Shown piece by piece: positions 11,725-22,889 of a stretch of 64,000 nucleotides of DNA. This stretch comes from Paraspadella gotoi (lineage: Eukaryota > Animalia > Chaetognatha), in the NCBI GenBank assembly GCA_051294375.1, contig CM119268.1, positions 8,976,733 to 9,040,732 on the forward strand. Direction: 5' to 3'. Each line of letters begins with the position of its first letter. Within the stretch, counting starts at the first letter, position 1. The notes under the pieces are model-generated. The model worked only from the letters and a program-made list of their open reading frames with translations, was not told where the DNA came from and searched no databases. Both the position numbers and the translations under genes were made by a program.

Positions 11725-12286
11725 TCATTTATCCGTATCCTCGGCAAACGATTCTGTTTCTGATATTAATGTAAATAATACAGTGGTTTTTTTCGCCAAA
11801 GGGAAAAAGTCCGTTTCGCTTCTTTCTCCGCGGGGGAGATTTTTTTCCGGCGAGGTTTTATTATTTTTCTTTAATGGAGATAAAATATATACATTATTGT
11901 AGTTGATGAAAATATTTATTTTCAGAATGGTTTTTTTTTTTATATTATTTAGCTTATTCACCAGAATTTATAAAAAATCAATGACTCAATGTTACAATGA
12001 ACAAATGATACAAAGTTTAAAGATGCAGTGACTTTCTAAACAATAACAATTGTTGACGTTTTTAACTTTCAAAATAGATTTTTTTTAAAATTGTTTAGTT
12101 TTTCATTCTGTATTTTTCGTTTTAGTATCTGAAACAAAATGTGAATTAGAATCTCCAATTTTACCATCAAAAAAACAAATAACATAATAAATAAAATAGT
12201 TTAAAAAAAACCACCAATTTAGCATTTAAACCCCCTTAAATCCCCTCCCACTTTCTACCCAAATCTCTTCCCCACAACCCCTTCAG

Positions 12287-12528
12287 ATGCCTGCGTGACC
12301 ACATCTACCACGAGACGGGTCTCTCCCCTCCCTCTTGCGGATACCACCGCCTCGAGGTCAAATTCGCCCCCCAAGATCAACTGCTCGCGACACCAAAGGT
12401 TCGCGCGCCGTCTCTCCCTCTTACAACCGTCGTCTGCGAGAGTCATGTCCAATCCGCCATCCCGCCCAAGAACATCACGTGGTCCTTCAAGGACGGCGGC
12501 GTCGTCGTAAGCGTCCAACAGTACTCAG
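12287..12528 (+). CDS. Exon B (copy 1): end of one Ig-like domain and start of the next
   Basis: TTCAG|A TGC completes the phase-2 codon left by exon A (AG|A = Arg, then Cys). Consensus reads CLV.HIYHETGLSPPSC..HRLEVKFAPKINCSRHQRFGAVSPSYTVVCEVMSNPPIPPKNITWSFKDGGVVV; CxxxSNP...W is an Ig B/C-strand motif. Donor position uncertain (12507 or 12529). Confidence 0.8.
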
Positions 12529-13023
12529 GTCGGCGGAAAGTCATTCGGATTTGTTACGATATATATGTACAATGTATATATGGGATATAATTCGAATATT
12601 TTTGGTAGCATAAAATTATATGTAAATGTAAGATACGAAACGTGAAAAATTATAGACTTATTAAACAAAACGACGATATAATTTTTTTTTTAATGATCAA
12701 AATTTATCATTCAGAATTTAACATTATGATAAAAAGACGTAATAAAAAGGACGGTGAAAAACAAACAAACTAAAGGAGAGAAAATGGCGCATGTAAATAC
12801 AAAAGGGGTCTTTAAAAGCCGCAAAGGATCGTTGGCCCGAATTAGTAGCATAACGAGTTGCGTGAGACTTATAGGATGACCCTTAAAATCGCTGAGCGGT
12901 TAAGTTATGGTGTTATTTGACTAACTAAATTAAATATGATAATATAATTGCCTAATGATATAATTGAATTGCCTAATGCCCGTGATGGTACTGACTTCGT
13001 CTTCCCCCCCCCCAACTTCTCAG

Positions 13024-13377
13024 CGCCTCCGGATACGTAAATGACCAAGCACGCATCGTCACTCGCCACACGCTTCGCAATCCAATGTTCTCCATCTCCA
13101 ATCCAAAGTTGGAACTCACCCTCAAAGTGGCAGCCGAAGACGCGTCCTTACCAAGAACATCACCATGGAGATCGTGTACAGCGTCAACGTCCGCCTGCTC
13201 GCCCTACGAGATTGTCCTGCTGGGGCTGCAGACGAGGTGAGGAGAGATAGAGAAAGAGAGAGAGAGTGCTCCAGTGCTGCTGTGGAGACGGTGGCTCTTA
13301 TTGTTATTGTTTTAGCCGTGGATTTGATTTTTCAGAAGTGTGAAAGGAAATCGAGGAGAAAATCAACGCCAGAATAA
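13024..13377 (+). CDS. Exon C (copy 1): membrane-proximal region, putative TM segment and short basic tail
   Basis: Acceptor CTCAG|C. Consensus ASGYEMTKHGIVTRHTLRKSMFSISNPKLELTLKVAAEDAVLTKNITMEIVYSVN..., then through an AG-rich tract to AAVETVALIVIVLAVDLIF-QKCERKSRRKSTPE*. The exon may instead end at the GAG|GTGAG donor at 13236. Confidence 0.65.
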
Positions 13378-13776
13378 GAGTCCAGAAAATGAGTTCCACA
13401 AGATTTCAAGTCAATGCTCTGTTGAGATCGGGTTTCTGTGATAGTCCCGCTCTACCAGTTGACTAAGAGAGAGATCATTCATCTGTCCCGACCGAGATGC
13501 TTGGATCCTTCTTGAATCTATTTATTAATTTAATTTAATGAAAAAAAACGATCATCTACAAAAGTTTTAATTCTTTAATTAAGTGAATTAGTCTCTAATA
13601 AATATTAAAACGAAAAGTCGCTCCACGCCAATTGTCACCCTTGGATCAAGCATCTGATAAAACGTGCATTCCGCCACGGCCGGTTTGACGAGTCTGTATT
13701 GTCCGGCCTTCGCTCGCCGATTCACGTCGTCGCAAACCTCCAGTGGGAAGGATATCGACGTCGCTCGCGCTCATGC

Positions 13777-13852
13777 ATTTCCGGTGCCAAAATGGCGCGG
13801 ATTGGCAGTCGGGACACGTGACCGGGAGCGGGACGGCGAGAGCCTGACCAAT
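13777..13852. promoter_or_regulatory. CpG-rich promoter-like motif cluster (ETS, YY1, two CCAAT boxes, E-box)
   Basis: ATTTCCGG 13777-13784, AAAATGGCG 13789-13797, ATTGG 13801-13805, CACGTGAC 13815-13822, CCAAT 13848-13852; all retained in the second copy. Confidence 0.5.
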
Positions 13853-14334
13853 CTTGGCGTGCGGGAGAAAAGAAGGGAAGCGATGTGCGGACAAAAGAAC
13901 AGTCGAATTTTCAAAGATGGGGTGTGCAAATTGAAGCATAGTAAGGTGGACAGTCCATAAAAATTTCATACAGCCTCCGCTACCCCAACCTAAACGACTT
14001 TGTGCCGCTTTTCGAGTAAACTTTGATTTTTTGAATCGAAATTAAGAACGGAACTTCATAACGAAACGGACGAACGGCGGACACCGTNNNNNNNNNNNNN
14101 NNNNNNNNNNNNAGGTAGAGAAAAGGAAACGAGAAGCCGGAGAACATCAAACGAGGAAAAATCGAAAGGAACTCCTAACGAATAAAAAGGAAGGGAAAAA
14201 AAAGGAAGATAACNNNNNNNNNNNNNNNNNNNNNNNNNTCTCGTGCTCTCTCTCTCTCTCTCTTACTCCATCCCCTCGTCTCCTCCTTTCGTGACTATGT
14301 TTCCATTGTCGCGCCTGATTTCTCTCTCTCTCTC

Positions 14335-14413
<79 letters not shown>

Positions 14414-15018
14414 ACTGACTTCCAACACTATTTTTCTCCACTGACTGGGGTTTCCTTTTTTTTTAGTTCCACGTGTTATCTTCTTTTTTTTTCCCTTCCT
14501 TTTTATTCGTTAGGAGTTCCTTTCGATTTTTTTCCTCGTTTTGATGTTCTCCGGCTTCTCGTTTCCTTTTCTCTACCTCATTTTCGCACCCCCCCCTCGC
14601 TTTCCCTTTTTCTCGTTTCCGTATTAAATTATTTTTTCTCTTTCCTCCATCTTTTTCTTCATTTCCTTCCTCTTCTCTCCTTTTTTTTTCTTTCCCATTT
14701 TTTTCCCCTCCCATTTTCTCCACGAGTGTTTTCTCAAATTCCGTCCGTCTTTGTTTTTTTTCGCGGCGAATGTTTTCCCGCCGTTTTCCTACCCCCCCCT
14801 CCGCCCCCCCCTTTATCTTTTTCATAGAGCCGTCGCGTCGCTTCCCTCTCCTTTCAATTCTCTCTCTTTTTATATTTTCTGGTTCTGAAATCCAAATGGA
14901 AAGGTTATATCCCGCGCCGGGTTACTTCACCGATACCATCATTATGCATGTTTGATGCAGTTATGAATATTCATGAATTTCCTGTCAACGGCGCATGCGT
15001 GAGAAGGAGGACGTGGCA

Positions 15019-15107
<89 letters not shown>

Positions 15108-16523
15108 CACATTAAATTGATAAGACAGTCTGTTTTTACATTTATACATTCATTGTATTTCCTAAAAATTATTGATGCAAAGAACGTGTGTTATTTTAGC
15201 CGATAGAAATAGTGAAATGAACCTCACAAGCTCTCGTCAAGAAAGAAAAAAAAAGAAGGAAAGAAAAAACCCGAAATCATTTTTGGAAAAAAAAATAGGA
15301 AATTCGATCTTTGAAATTTGAAAGATGCTCCTTCGCATTAAGGTTGACGCAGAAGCGGAAACTAAAGCGGAAGGAGCGGAGATAGAAAATAAAAGACAGA
15401 AAGCAAAGACAAGAAACTGCCGGGATTAAAGGCACACTATTTTTTCAAAAACACCGGCCCATTCTGTTCTTAATCCCTGAAGTTAATTTTAAAACCATAA
15501 TAATTGTAATTGGGGAATTGCATATTATGCAATGGCATAAGTTTACCGTCCGCCTATAAGGATAATATTTAGTTTGTGACCAACAAATTTGAATCCAAGC
15601 TTTTTTTTTTCCTCTAGAAAGACAATAATTCTAAAAATCCTTGTCAGCCCTTATTGTTGACTTTTTTTTTTCTTTTTTCGTTCTGTTAATTAAAATATTT
15701 ATATTTTGTTGAATTGTAAACTGTAACAATTTATGGCGTTTAATTTATTCTGTAATGCCTGTTTGAATGCTATTTGAATGTACTGTTTCAACTAATTGTT
15801 AATAAACGAATAAAAACACATATTATTAACCTAGCTAGGTACCAAGGTTTAAATCCTAACCGGTACTTACCTTGCGGGAAAGCGGGAGGGATGGTTATAA
15901 ATAACTTTAAGGTTTTCCAAACCTTTAAATTTTTGTTTCCAAACCCGTTCCATGGCTGAGGAAGGGCATAAAAGTTATGGATAGTATTTTCACGCCCACT
16001 TTAATGCTTTATCTACAACTTTTAAAACCCACCCTATTAATCGTATTCTAACCTTCTGATTCCAAGCCCTTAGAACTAGCTGAAGAATTGTTCCCTTCCT
16101 TTCACTGGAATCTTTACCCATAATCCCTTACAAAAACCTTTTCATACCCTAACAAAATTACCCTAAGCTTATTCACTAACCCTAAGACTAAATCTTTTTT
16201 TTTAATTTTAAATCTTAAAAAAACAAATTAAATTCTCTATATTTAAGCTGGAAATGGGGCGATTACGGAAAATAAGGCCGAGAAGATAGAAAGCCAAAAA
16301 TCTTCCTCCTCTTTCTAGATCGCGTTGAATTCGTTTTCGTTGGAACGAAGTTAGGATTGACTTTGACGTAGGGAAGATTCAAAGTCGGTTTGAACATCTG
16401 CGAATGTGATTATTCGAGTTTAGGGATGGATATCGACATGAACGTTGAAGAGAAGCTTTTTAAAATCGGCCAATATTTCGGATAAATCATAAAAGAATAA
16501 TTAAAGAAGAAAAGTAAGATCCG

Positions 16524-16610
16524 CGCTATACGACAGGACTCGAACCTGGCGAGGGAAGCTCTCCATTGGATTTCAAAGTCCAACGCCTTAACCACTCGGC
16601 CATCGTAGGC
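16524..16610 (-). tRNA. tRNA-Ser (TGA) copy 3, with indels
   Basis: Reverse complement of 2240-2321 (CCATTGGATTTCAAAGTCCAACGCCTTAACCACTCGGCCATCGTAG). Confidence 0.7.
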
Positions 16611-16672
16611 AAAAAAGTATTTAAAAAAATAACTTTGAACTAAAAAAGACAACATTTCATTTATAAAAAATA

Positions 16673-16765
16673 TGCCGAGAGCCGGATTCGAACCAGCGAT
16701 CTAGGATGTCTAACAAGGATACAACTACCATCAGTCCTGCGCTCTACCATCTGAGCTATCGAGGG
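16673..16765 (-). tRNA. tRNA-Tyr-like copy 3 with the same aberrant 3' end
   Basis: TGCCGAGAGCCGGATTCGAACCAGCGA...CTGAGCTATCGAGGG is the reverse complement of 2089-2179. Confidence 0.7.
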
Positions 16766-17011
16766 ATGGCATATTTTTCCAGACAATGTGAGAGTCATAA
16801 CCACAGCACAAACCATGTTCACGAACTATTCAAAAAACTACCCGAATCAATTTCATCAATGACCTTTCCCCCAATGGAAGATCACCGTTTAAATATTTTC
16901 ACATTGTTCGAGAATTTACCATTTAGCTTTTTCCTATTTCTGTAAACGTCTGTAACCCTCATAATTTGTTTCTAATTAATATATTATGAAACGCAGTATT
17001 ACGAAAAAACG

Positions 17012-17097
17012 TGCCGTGACCGAAGGAGTCGAACCTGGGTTGTCGCGGCCATGACAACGCGAAGAGTACTTAAACCGCTAAAACTACTTCGCACGGC
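17012..17097 (-). tRNA. tRNA-His copy 3, with many insertions
   Basis: TGCCGTGACC...GGAGTCGAACCTGGGTTGTCGCGGCC...CACGGC is the reverse complement of 1784-1855. Confidence 0.6.
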
Positions 17098-18102
17098 CAC
17101 GGTAAACTGCAAAGCCCAGAATGAGCTTTGTCCGCTAAAAAATGATTAGAAAACACATTTTCTGAATAAAGTTTGACTGTAGAAAATAGAGATATTGAAA
17201 AAAATTAATAATAAAACCATTTTACTTTTAAATTTATTTCAAAGAAAGTTAAGCATATAAAAAGTAAAAAAAAGTTTTGGGCCGGATTTACGCGCGGCAT
17301 CGAATATCGCGATCGATAAAATCCGGATCTTTGTATGCAAAACGAGTATAACCTTTCCAGAAGCGGAAAACCTCGACGCGCGGGAGGGCTTTTTTTCCCT
17401 TCCCAGCCCCCCATTTTCCCGGGGGCGAACCCCATGGGCTCTCGAATTTTGGTCGAAATTCACTAAACGCCACTTTTTAGAATTATCCAACAAAGTTCAC
17501 GTTCCCTTTTTCCACGCGGTCATATTTATTCGTTATTCGTCTTTTGCTAAATCCACAATTTCGTCCGTATCTATACCAAAAATATCCCTCCAAAATATTA
17601 ATCCCACTCCTAAACCGCCAAACCTAGCTATCTTCTTAAGCTAGTATCTAATTTCCTTCCTAGTAATAAATATATAATAGGCTAAAAATTCAAAATGGAA
17701 ATTTTGAATTCCAAACCGGATTTTAAAAATTCTTCGCAAAAAGTTGATAAAGAAAGTATCATTCTTTAAAAAAAAAATTTTTCAAGCTTAAATAAATATT
17801 ATGTTTTTACAAAATTTTAACTTACTAAAGGAATGTATATTTTAAAAAAGATTTAATAATTTTCTTATTTAACTGTTTTTGTGAGAAAGGATTGGAATCA
17901 GTTCTCAGAATTTTAAAAAAAAAATTAAAAAAATAAAAAAAATTTTGGACTGTTTAGTACAACATGAACGACATGGGACTACCTATTATTAGTAAAAAAA
18001 AAGAAAATAATTAACTACAAAATTAGTATTTTACTAATAAGATAGTTTTCTTAAGATATAACTGCTAATAATTGTGATTTCCAAAACACCCACCCTTAGT
18101 AC

Positions 18103-18333
18103 CGTGAGAATGCGAACCCCGTTTGTCCTCGGTAATTGGGAGTATAAGGTGAGGGAAATTGTTTTGTTGCCCGAAGGAGACGATCTCTCACCCCGTTTCG
18201 CCCCAGACCCTCACCACCATGAGGCCGGGGGTGGCCCGCCCGAGGAATCAACGTACAGGAGAAGGAGACGCGGAGCTTCGTGAGACCTCACTCTTCTCCG
18301 GCGATGCAAGGTGGTTTGCCGAGAAACGATCAC
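18103..18333 (-). CDS. Exon A (copy 5), antisense to the adjacent exons B and C
   Basis: Noisy reverse complement of exon A. Confidence 0.6.
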
Positions 18334-18861
18334 GCTCTGGAGAGATGGATGGAGCGGGGGTTACGGGGGTGAATGGTGTGATACTGATAGGTATTGGTGA
18401 ATGAAAAAAAAGAAATTAACTCAAATAAAACGGAAAAAAGTTAATTGAACGAAGGATCAAGAAAAAAAATGACGAACAGTGAATAAATGAACAAAATATA
18501 CGAATGAACGATTGAGTGAATAATTCCATTAAGTTAATGGCTAGTTACCTATAATAAGTACTATATAAACTATAGTCCGGAGACGGACTTGTTTTTGTCG
18601 GAGCGACAAAGCTAACATTCTCAAATGCGATCCTTTGGGTTTAAAAAAAAAATATATATATCTTCTCTGACCTGCCGGATTTAATCGGATTTTGAGGACT
18701 TCGTCTTTCACTGTGACGCTGCTTCTTCTTTCCACGTTTTCAAAAATGTTTTTAAGCTGCGTTTTCTCCTTTTTCCCTCGTTCACTTTACCGAGTTGGGG
18801 GCTCAGAGGAGGAGAATTATAGAAAGAGAAAAAGAGAGAGAGAGAGAGAGAGAAGGGACGG

Positions 18862-18936
<75 letters not shown>

Positions 18937-19456
18937 CGAGCGGTTTAAAGGATCACGTAGGAGGAAGAGGAAGAGGAAGAACAAGGGTAGGGGGAGAGGC
19001 AGCACCCCCGGAGGGATTAACCCCGCATCCTTCTTGATTTCACCCCTTGTGCCAGAGAGAGACAGAGAGAGAAGGATAGAGAGAGAGCTGTAGAGAGGGC
19101 GCGCGTCTCGGCTTATGGCCTCCATTAAGACGCAAACAGGAATAAAAGAAAAAATCGAAAACGAAAAGAAAAAAAAATGAAGTAAAAATTGAAGAATTTT
19201 TTTTTCCTTTCGATTCTGAGCGAATAAAACGTGTCTTTTTTGTACGCGCCCAAATCGGGGCAATAATAATCTATATTGGAATCTATATATTAACGTAATT
19301 ATTATTTAAATCAGTATTCATTGAGAAAATCAATTGTTATTATTGTTTCTTCAACACTCTTGATGCACGTTTATTGCTGTGGAGGGTTTGGTCAAGATCT
19401 TTTGTCTTACAGACATTTTTAATTTTCTTCAGTTATGATAATTACATTCCCAATTC

Positions 19457-19518
<62 letters not shown>

Positions 19519-20093
19519 TCTCTCCATTTGATCCGTATCCTGGCAAACGATTCTGTTTGATATTAATGTAAATAATACAGTTGGTTTTTTTCGCCAAAGG
19601 GAAAAAGTCCGTTTCGCTTCTTTCTCGCGGTGAGATTTTTCTCCGGCGAGGTTTTATTATTTTTCCATAATGGAGATAAAATATATACATTATTGTAGTT
19701 GATGGGAAATATTATTTTCAGAAATGGTTTTTTTTTCATATATATTTAGCTTATTCACCAAATTTATAAAAATCAATGACTCAATGTTACAATGAAGCAA
19801 TGATACAAAGTTTAAATATGCAGTGACTCACTAAACATTAAACAATAAACATGGTTGACCGTTTTAACTTTCAAAATAAATTTTTTAAAAAATTGTTTAG
19901 TTTTTCATTCTGTATTTTCGTTTTAGTATCTGAAACAAAATGTGAATTAGAATCTGCAATTTTACCATCAAGAAAAACAAATAACATAATAAATAAAATA
20001 GTTTAAAAAAAAACCACCAATTTAGCATTTAAAAACCCCTTAAATTTCCCCTCACCACTTTCTACCCAAATCTCTTCCCCACAACCCCTTCAG

Positions 20094-20330
20094 ATGCCTC
20101 GTGACCCACATCTACCACGAGACGGGTCTCTCCCCACTCCCCTCTTGCGGATACCACCGCCTCGAGGTCAAATTCGCCCCCAAGATCAACTGCTCGCGAC
20201 ACCAAAGGTTCGGCGCCGTCTCTCCCTCTTACACAGTCGTCTGCGAGGTCATGTCCAATCCGCCCATCCCGCCCAAGAACATCACGTGGTCCTTCAAGGA
20301 CGGCGGCGTCGTCGTAACGTCTCAACAGAG
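20094..20330 (+). CDS. Exon B (copy 2)
   Basis: ORF 20101-20388 contains HIYHETGLSP...LEVKFAPKINCSRHQRFGAVSPSYTVVCEVMSNPPIPPKNITWSFKDGG; the AG|GTCGG donor is phase-compatible with exon C. Confidence 0.8.
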
Positions 20331-20839
20331 GTCGGCGGAGCCATTCGGATTTGTTACGATATATATGTACAATGTATATATGGGATAATAATTCGAAATA
20401 TTTGGTAGCATAAAATTATATGTAAATTGTAATGATACGAAACGTGAAAATTATAGACTTATAAACAAAACGACGATAAATTTTTTTTTAATGATCAAAA
20501 TTTATCATTCAGAATTTAACATTATGATAAAAGACGTAATAAAAAAGGACGGTGAAAAAACAAACAAACTAAGGGAGAGAAAATGGCCAGTTGGGTATTG
20601 TCACATGTAAATACAAAAGGGGTCTTTTAAAAGCCGCAAAGGATCGTTGGCCCGAATTAGTAGCATACGAGTTGCGTTGAGACTTATTGGATGACCCTTA
20701 AAATCGTTGAGCGGTTAAGTTATCGTGTTATTTGACTATCTAAATTAATATGATAATTTTATTGCCTAATAATATAATTTAATTGCCTAATGCCCATAAT
20801 GGTACTGACTTCGTCTTCTCCCCCCCCCCAACTTCTCAG

Positions 20840-21197
20840 CGCCTCCGGATACGAAATGACCAAGCACGGGATCGTCACTCGCCACACGCTTCGCAAATCC
20901 ATGTTCTCCATCTCCAATCCAAAGTTGGAACTCACCCTCAAAGTGGCAGCCGAAGACGCCGTCCTTACCAAGAACATCACCATGGAGATCGTGTACAGCG
21001 TCAACGTCCGCTGCTCGCCCTACGAGATCGTCCTGCTGGGGCTGCAGACGAGGTGAGGAGAGAGAGAGAGAGAGAGAGAGACATGCTCCAGTGGCTGCTG
21101 TGGAGACGGTGGCTCTTATTGTTATTGTCTTAGCCGGTGGATTTGATTTCAGAAAGTGTGAAAGAAAATCGAGGAGAATAATCAACGCCAGAAATAA
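20840..21197 (+). CDS. Exon C (copy 2)
   Basis: ORF 20790-21056 contains ASGYEMTKHGIVTRHTLRKSMFSISNPKLELTLKVAAEDAVLTKNITMEIVYSVNV; the 3' part is frameshifted relative to copy 1. Confidence 0.65.
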
Positions 21198-21607
21198 GAG
21201 TTCAGAAAATGAGTTCCACAAGATTTCAAGGCCTATGCTCTGTTGAGATCGGGTTTCCGTTGATAGTCCCGCTCTACCGGTTGACTAAGAGAGAGATCAT
21301 TTTCTGTCCCGACCGAGTATGCTTGGGATCCTCTCTTGAATTTATTTAATTTAATTTAATTTAATTGAAAAAACGATCATCTCCAAAAGTTTTAATTCTT
21401 TAATTAAGTGAAATTAGTCTCTCAATAAATCTTAAAACGAAAAGTCGCTCCACGCCAATCGTAACCCTTGGATTCAATCATTGATGAAACGTTGCATCCC
21501 CGCCACGGCCGGTTTGACGAGTCTGTATTGTCCGGCCTTCGCTCGCCGATTCACGTCGTCGCAAACCTCCAAGTGGGAAGGATATCGACGTCGCTCGCGC
21601 TTCATGC

Positions 21608-21682
21608 ATTTCCGGTCGCAAAATGGCGCGGATTGGCAGTCGGGACACGTGACCGGCGGGGACGGCGAGGAGCCTGACCAAT
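21608..21682. promoter_or_regulatory. Second copy of the ETS/YY1/CCAAT/E-box cluster
   Basis: ATTTCCGG, AAAATGGCG, ATTGG, CACGTGAC and CCAAT in the same order as 13777-13852. Confidence 0.5.
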
Positions 21683-22262
21683 CTTGGCGCGCGGGAGAAA
21701 AGAAGGGAAGCGATGGGCGGACAAAAGAACAGTCGAATTTTCAAAGAGGGGTGTGCAAATTGAAGCCATAGTAAGGTGGACAGCATAAAATTTTCATACA
21801 GCCTCGCTACCCAACTGTAACGACTTTGTGTGTCGCTTTTCCGAGTAAACTTTGATTTTTTTGAATTCGAAATTAAAAACGGAACTCATAACGAACGGAC
21901 GAACCGGGGAACGTACGAACGACGAAAACATTAAGGAACGGTGGAACGGACAGACGGACTGACTGACAGACTGACGAAAGGTCGGACGGACGAGATTTAC
22001 CGAGGACGTCGTCGCAGTTCCAGCATCGGCGCCTCGCTTCCGCGAAAATATCGGGCACGCCCCTCTGTCCGACCGAGAGGGCGTGACGGAGAAGACAGCG
22101 AAGAAACCATCTGGGAATCGATCCGAGAAACTTCCTTTATGACTTTCCAAATTAGGAAGTTAGACGCTGACCGCTCAGCTCTCTTTCCATTTTTTTTTTG
22201 GTATTCCTATTTTCCCATTTTTTTCTCTCTCTTTCCTTCTTTTATCATCCTTTTATTTTATA

Positions 22263-22366
<104 letters not shown>

Positions 22367-22393
22367 CGCCTTCTCCCCTCCACCAATGTGCAG

Positions 22394-22543
22394 AGATACA
22401 CGTATTTCCAATGATGCGTCTTTTTAAACGCGTTTTGTTCTTTGAGCGATTTTGGCAGACTGCCCGTGCTGTATTGCTGCAACGGCACCCAGTGTCGAGT
22501 CGGAAAGTTCTGCGTCTTATCTAGAAACGAAAAAAAAACATGA
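22394..22543 (+). CDS. Candidate terminal exon of a knottin (inhibitor cystine knot)-like peptide
   Basis: Pyrimidine tract + TGCAG acceptor (22393). 22415-22543 translates CVFLNAFCSLSDFGRLPVLYCCNGTQCRVGKFCVLSRNEKKT* (C-x6-C-x12-CC-x4-C-x5-C). One base correction near 22412-22414 is needed, because an in-frame TGA precedes Cys1. Confidence 0.55.
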
Positions 22544-22736
22544 AAAAATACTAATGTTTAAAGACTCAGAGTTTGTTTTGTTCCAATATCAACTGCAATC
22601 AACGAAGCACATAAAATAGAAAACATCTTTAGAAACAGCGATTGTTAAAAAACATTGCAACAAAATTACAGTAGGTTCATCAGGTTCATTCAATAGTTAA
22701 CAGTTCAACAGTTCAACATTTAAGAGCTTCTAAAAG

Positions 22737-22889
22737 TTATTTGTCACCCTTGTAGAAGGTGATGTCGACGAGCTGCTTGGACCCTCCGAGCAGCACCCAC
22801 GCGTGGGCGATGGAGCGAGAACCGCGGTCTAAAAAGCCGTAGACTTGATCGCAAGGGATTCGGAGGATGTCGAAGCAAAGCTTCTCCAC
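22737..22889 (-). CDS. Terminal exon of a transglutaminase-like (Cys-His-Asp, Transglut_core-like) protein
   Basis: Phase-0 acceptor AAAG|GTG; 50 GC3-rich codons VEKLCFDILRIPCDQVYGFLDRGSRSIAHAWVLLGGSKQLVDITFYKGDK*; matches the LxIPxxxVxG...HAW...xDxT pattern. Confidence 0.6.
   Translation of the reverse strand: MEKLCFDILRIPCDQVYGFLDRGSRSIAHAWVLLGGSKQLVDITFYKGDK

Larger units (their letters stand above)
11117..14087 (+). repeat. Block Y (exons B and C + downstream CpG-rich promoter-like region), copy 1
   Basis: Direct repeat of about 18932-21915, starting AAGGCGAGCGGTTTAA in both copies. Confidence 0.9.
14262..18806 (-). repeat. Block X, inverted copy
   Basis: Reverse complement of 5670-11049, lacking the 8532-9648 element and carrying a different insert of about 240 bp at 15584-15825. 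Confidence 0.9.
18932..21915 (+). repeat. Block Y, copy 2
   Basis: Direct repeat of 11117-14087. Confidence 0.9.

Noticed and set aside
13440-13474. Minus-strand TTAGTCAACTGGTAGAGCGGG resembling a tRNA D arm / A box
   Set aside because: No B box or cloverleaf follows; at most a SINE or tRNA remnant.
14113-14213. 101-bp piece matching about 10748-10850, between two N runs
   Set aside because: Isolated scaffolding fragment, not a biological duplication.
21945-21992. (GACG/GACA/GACT)n tract resembling a DINE/HINE internal microsatellite
   Set aside because: No subterminal inverted repeat or 3' hairpin identified.
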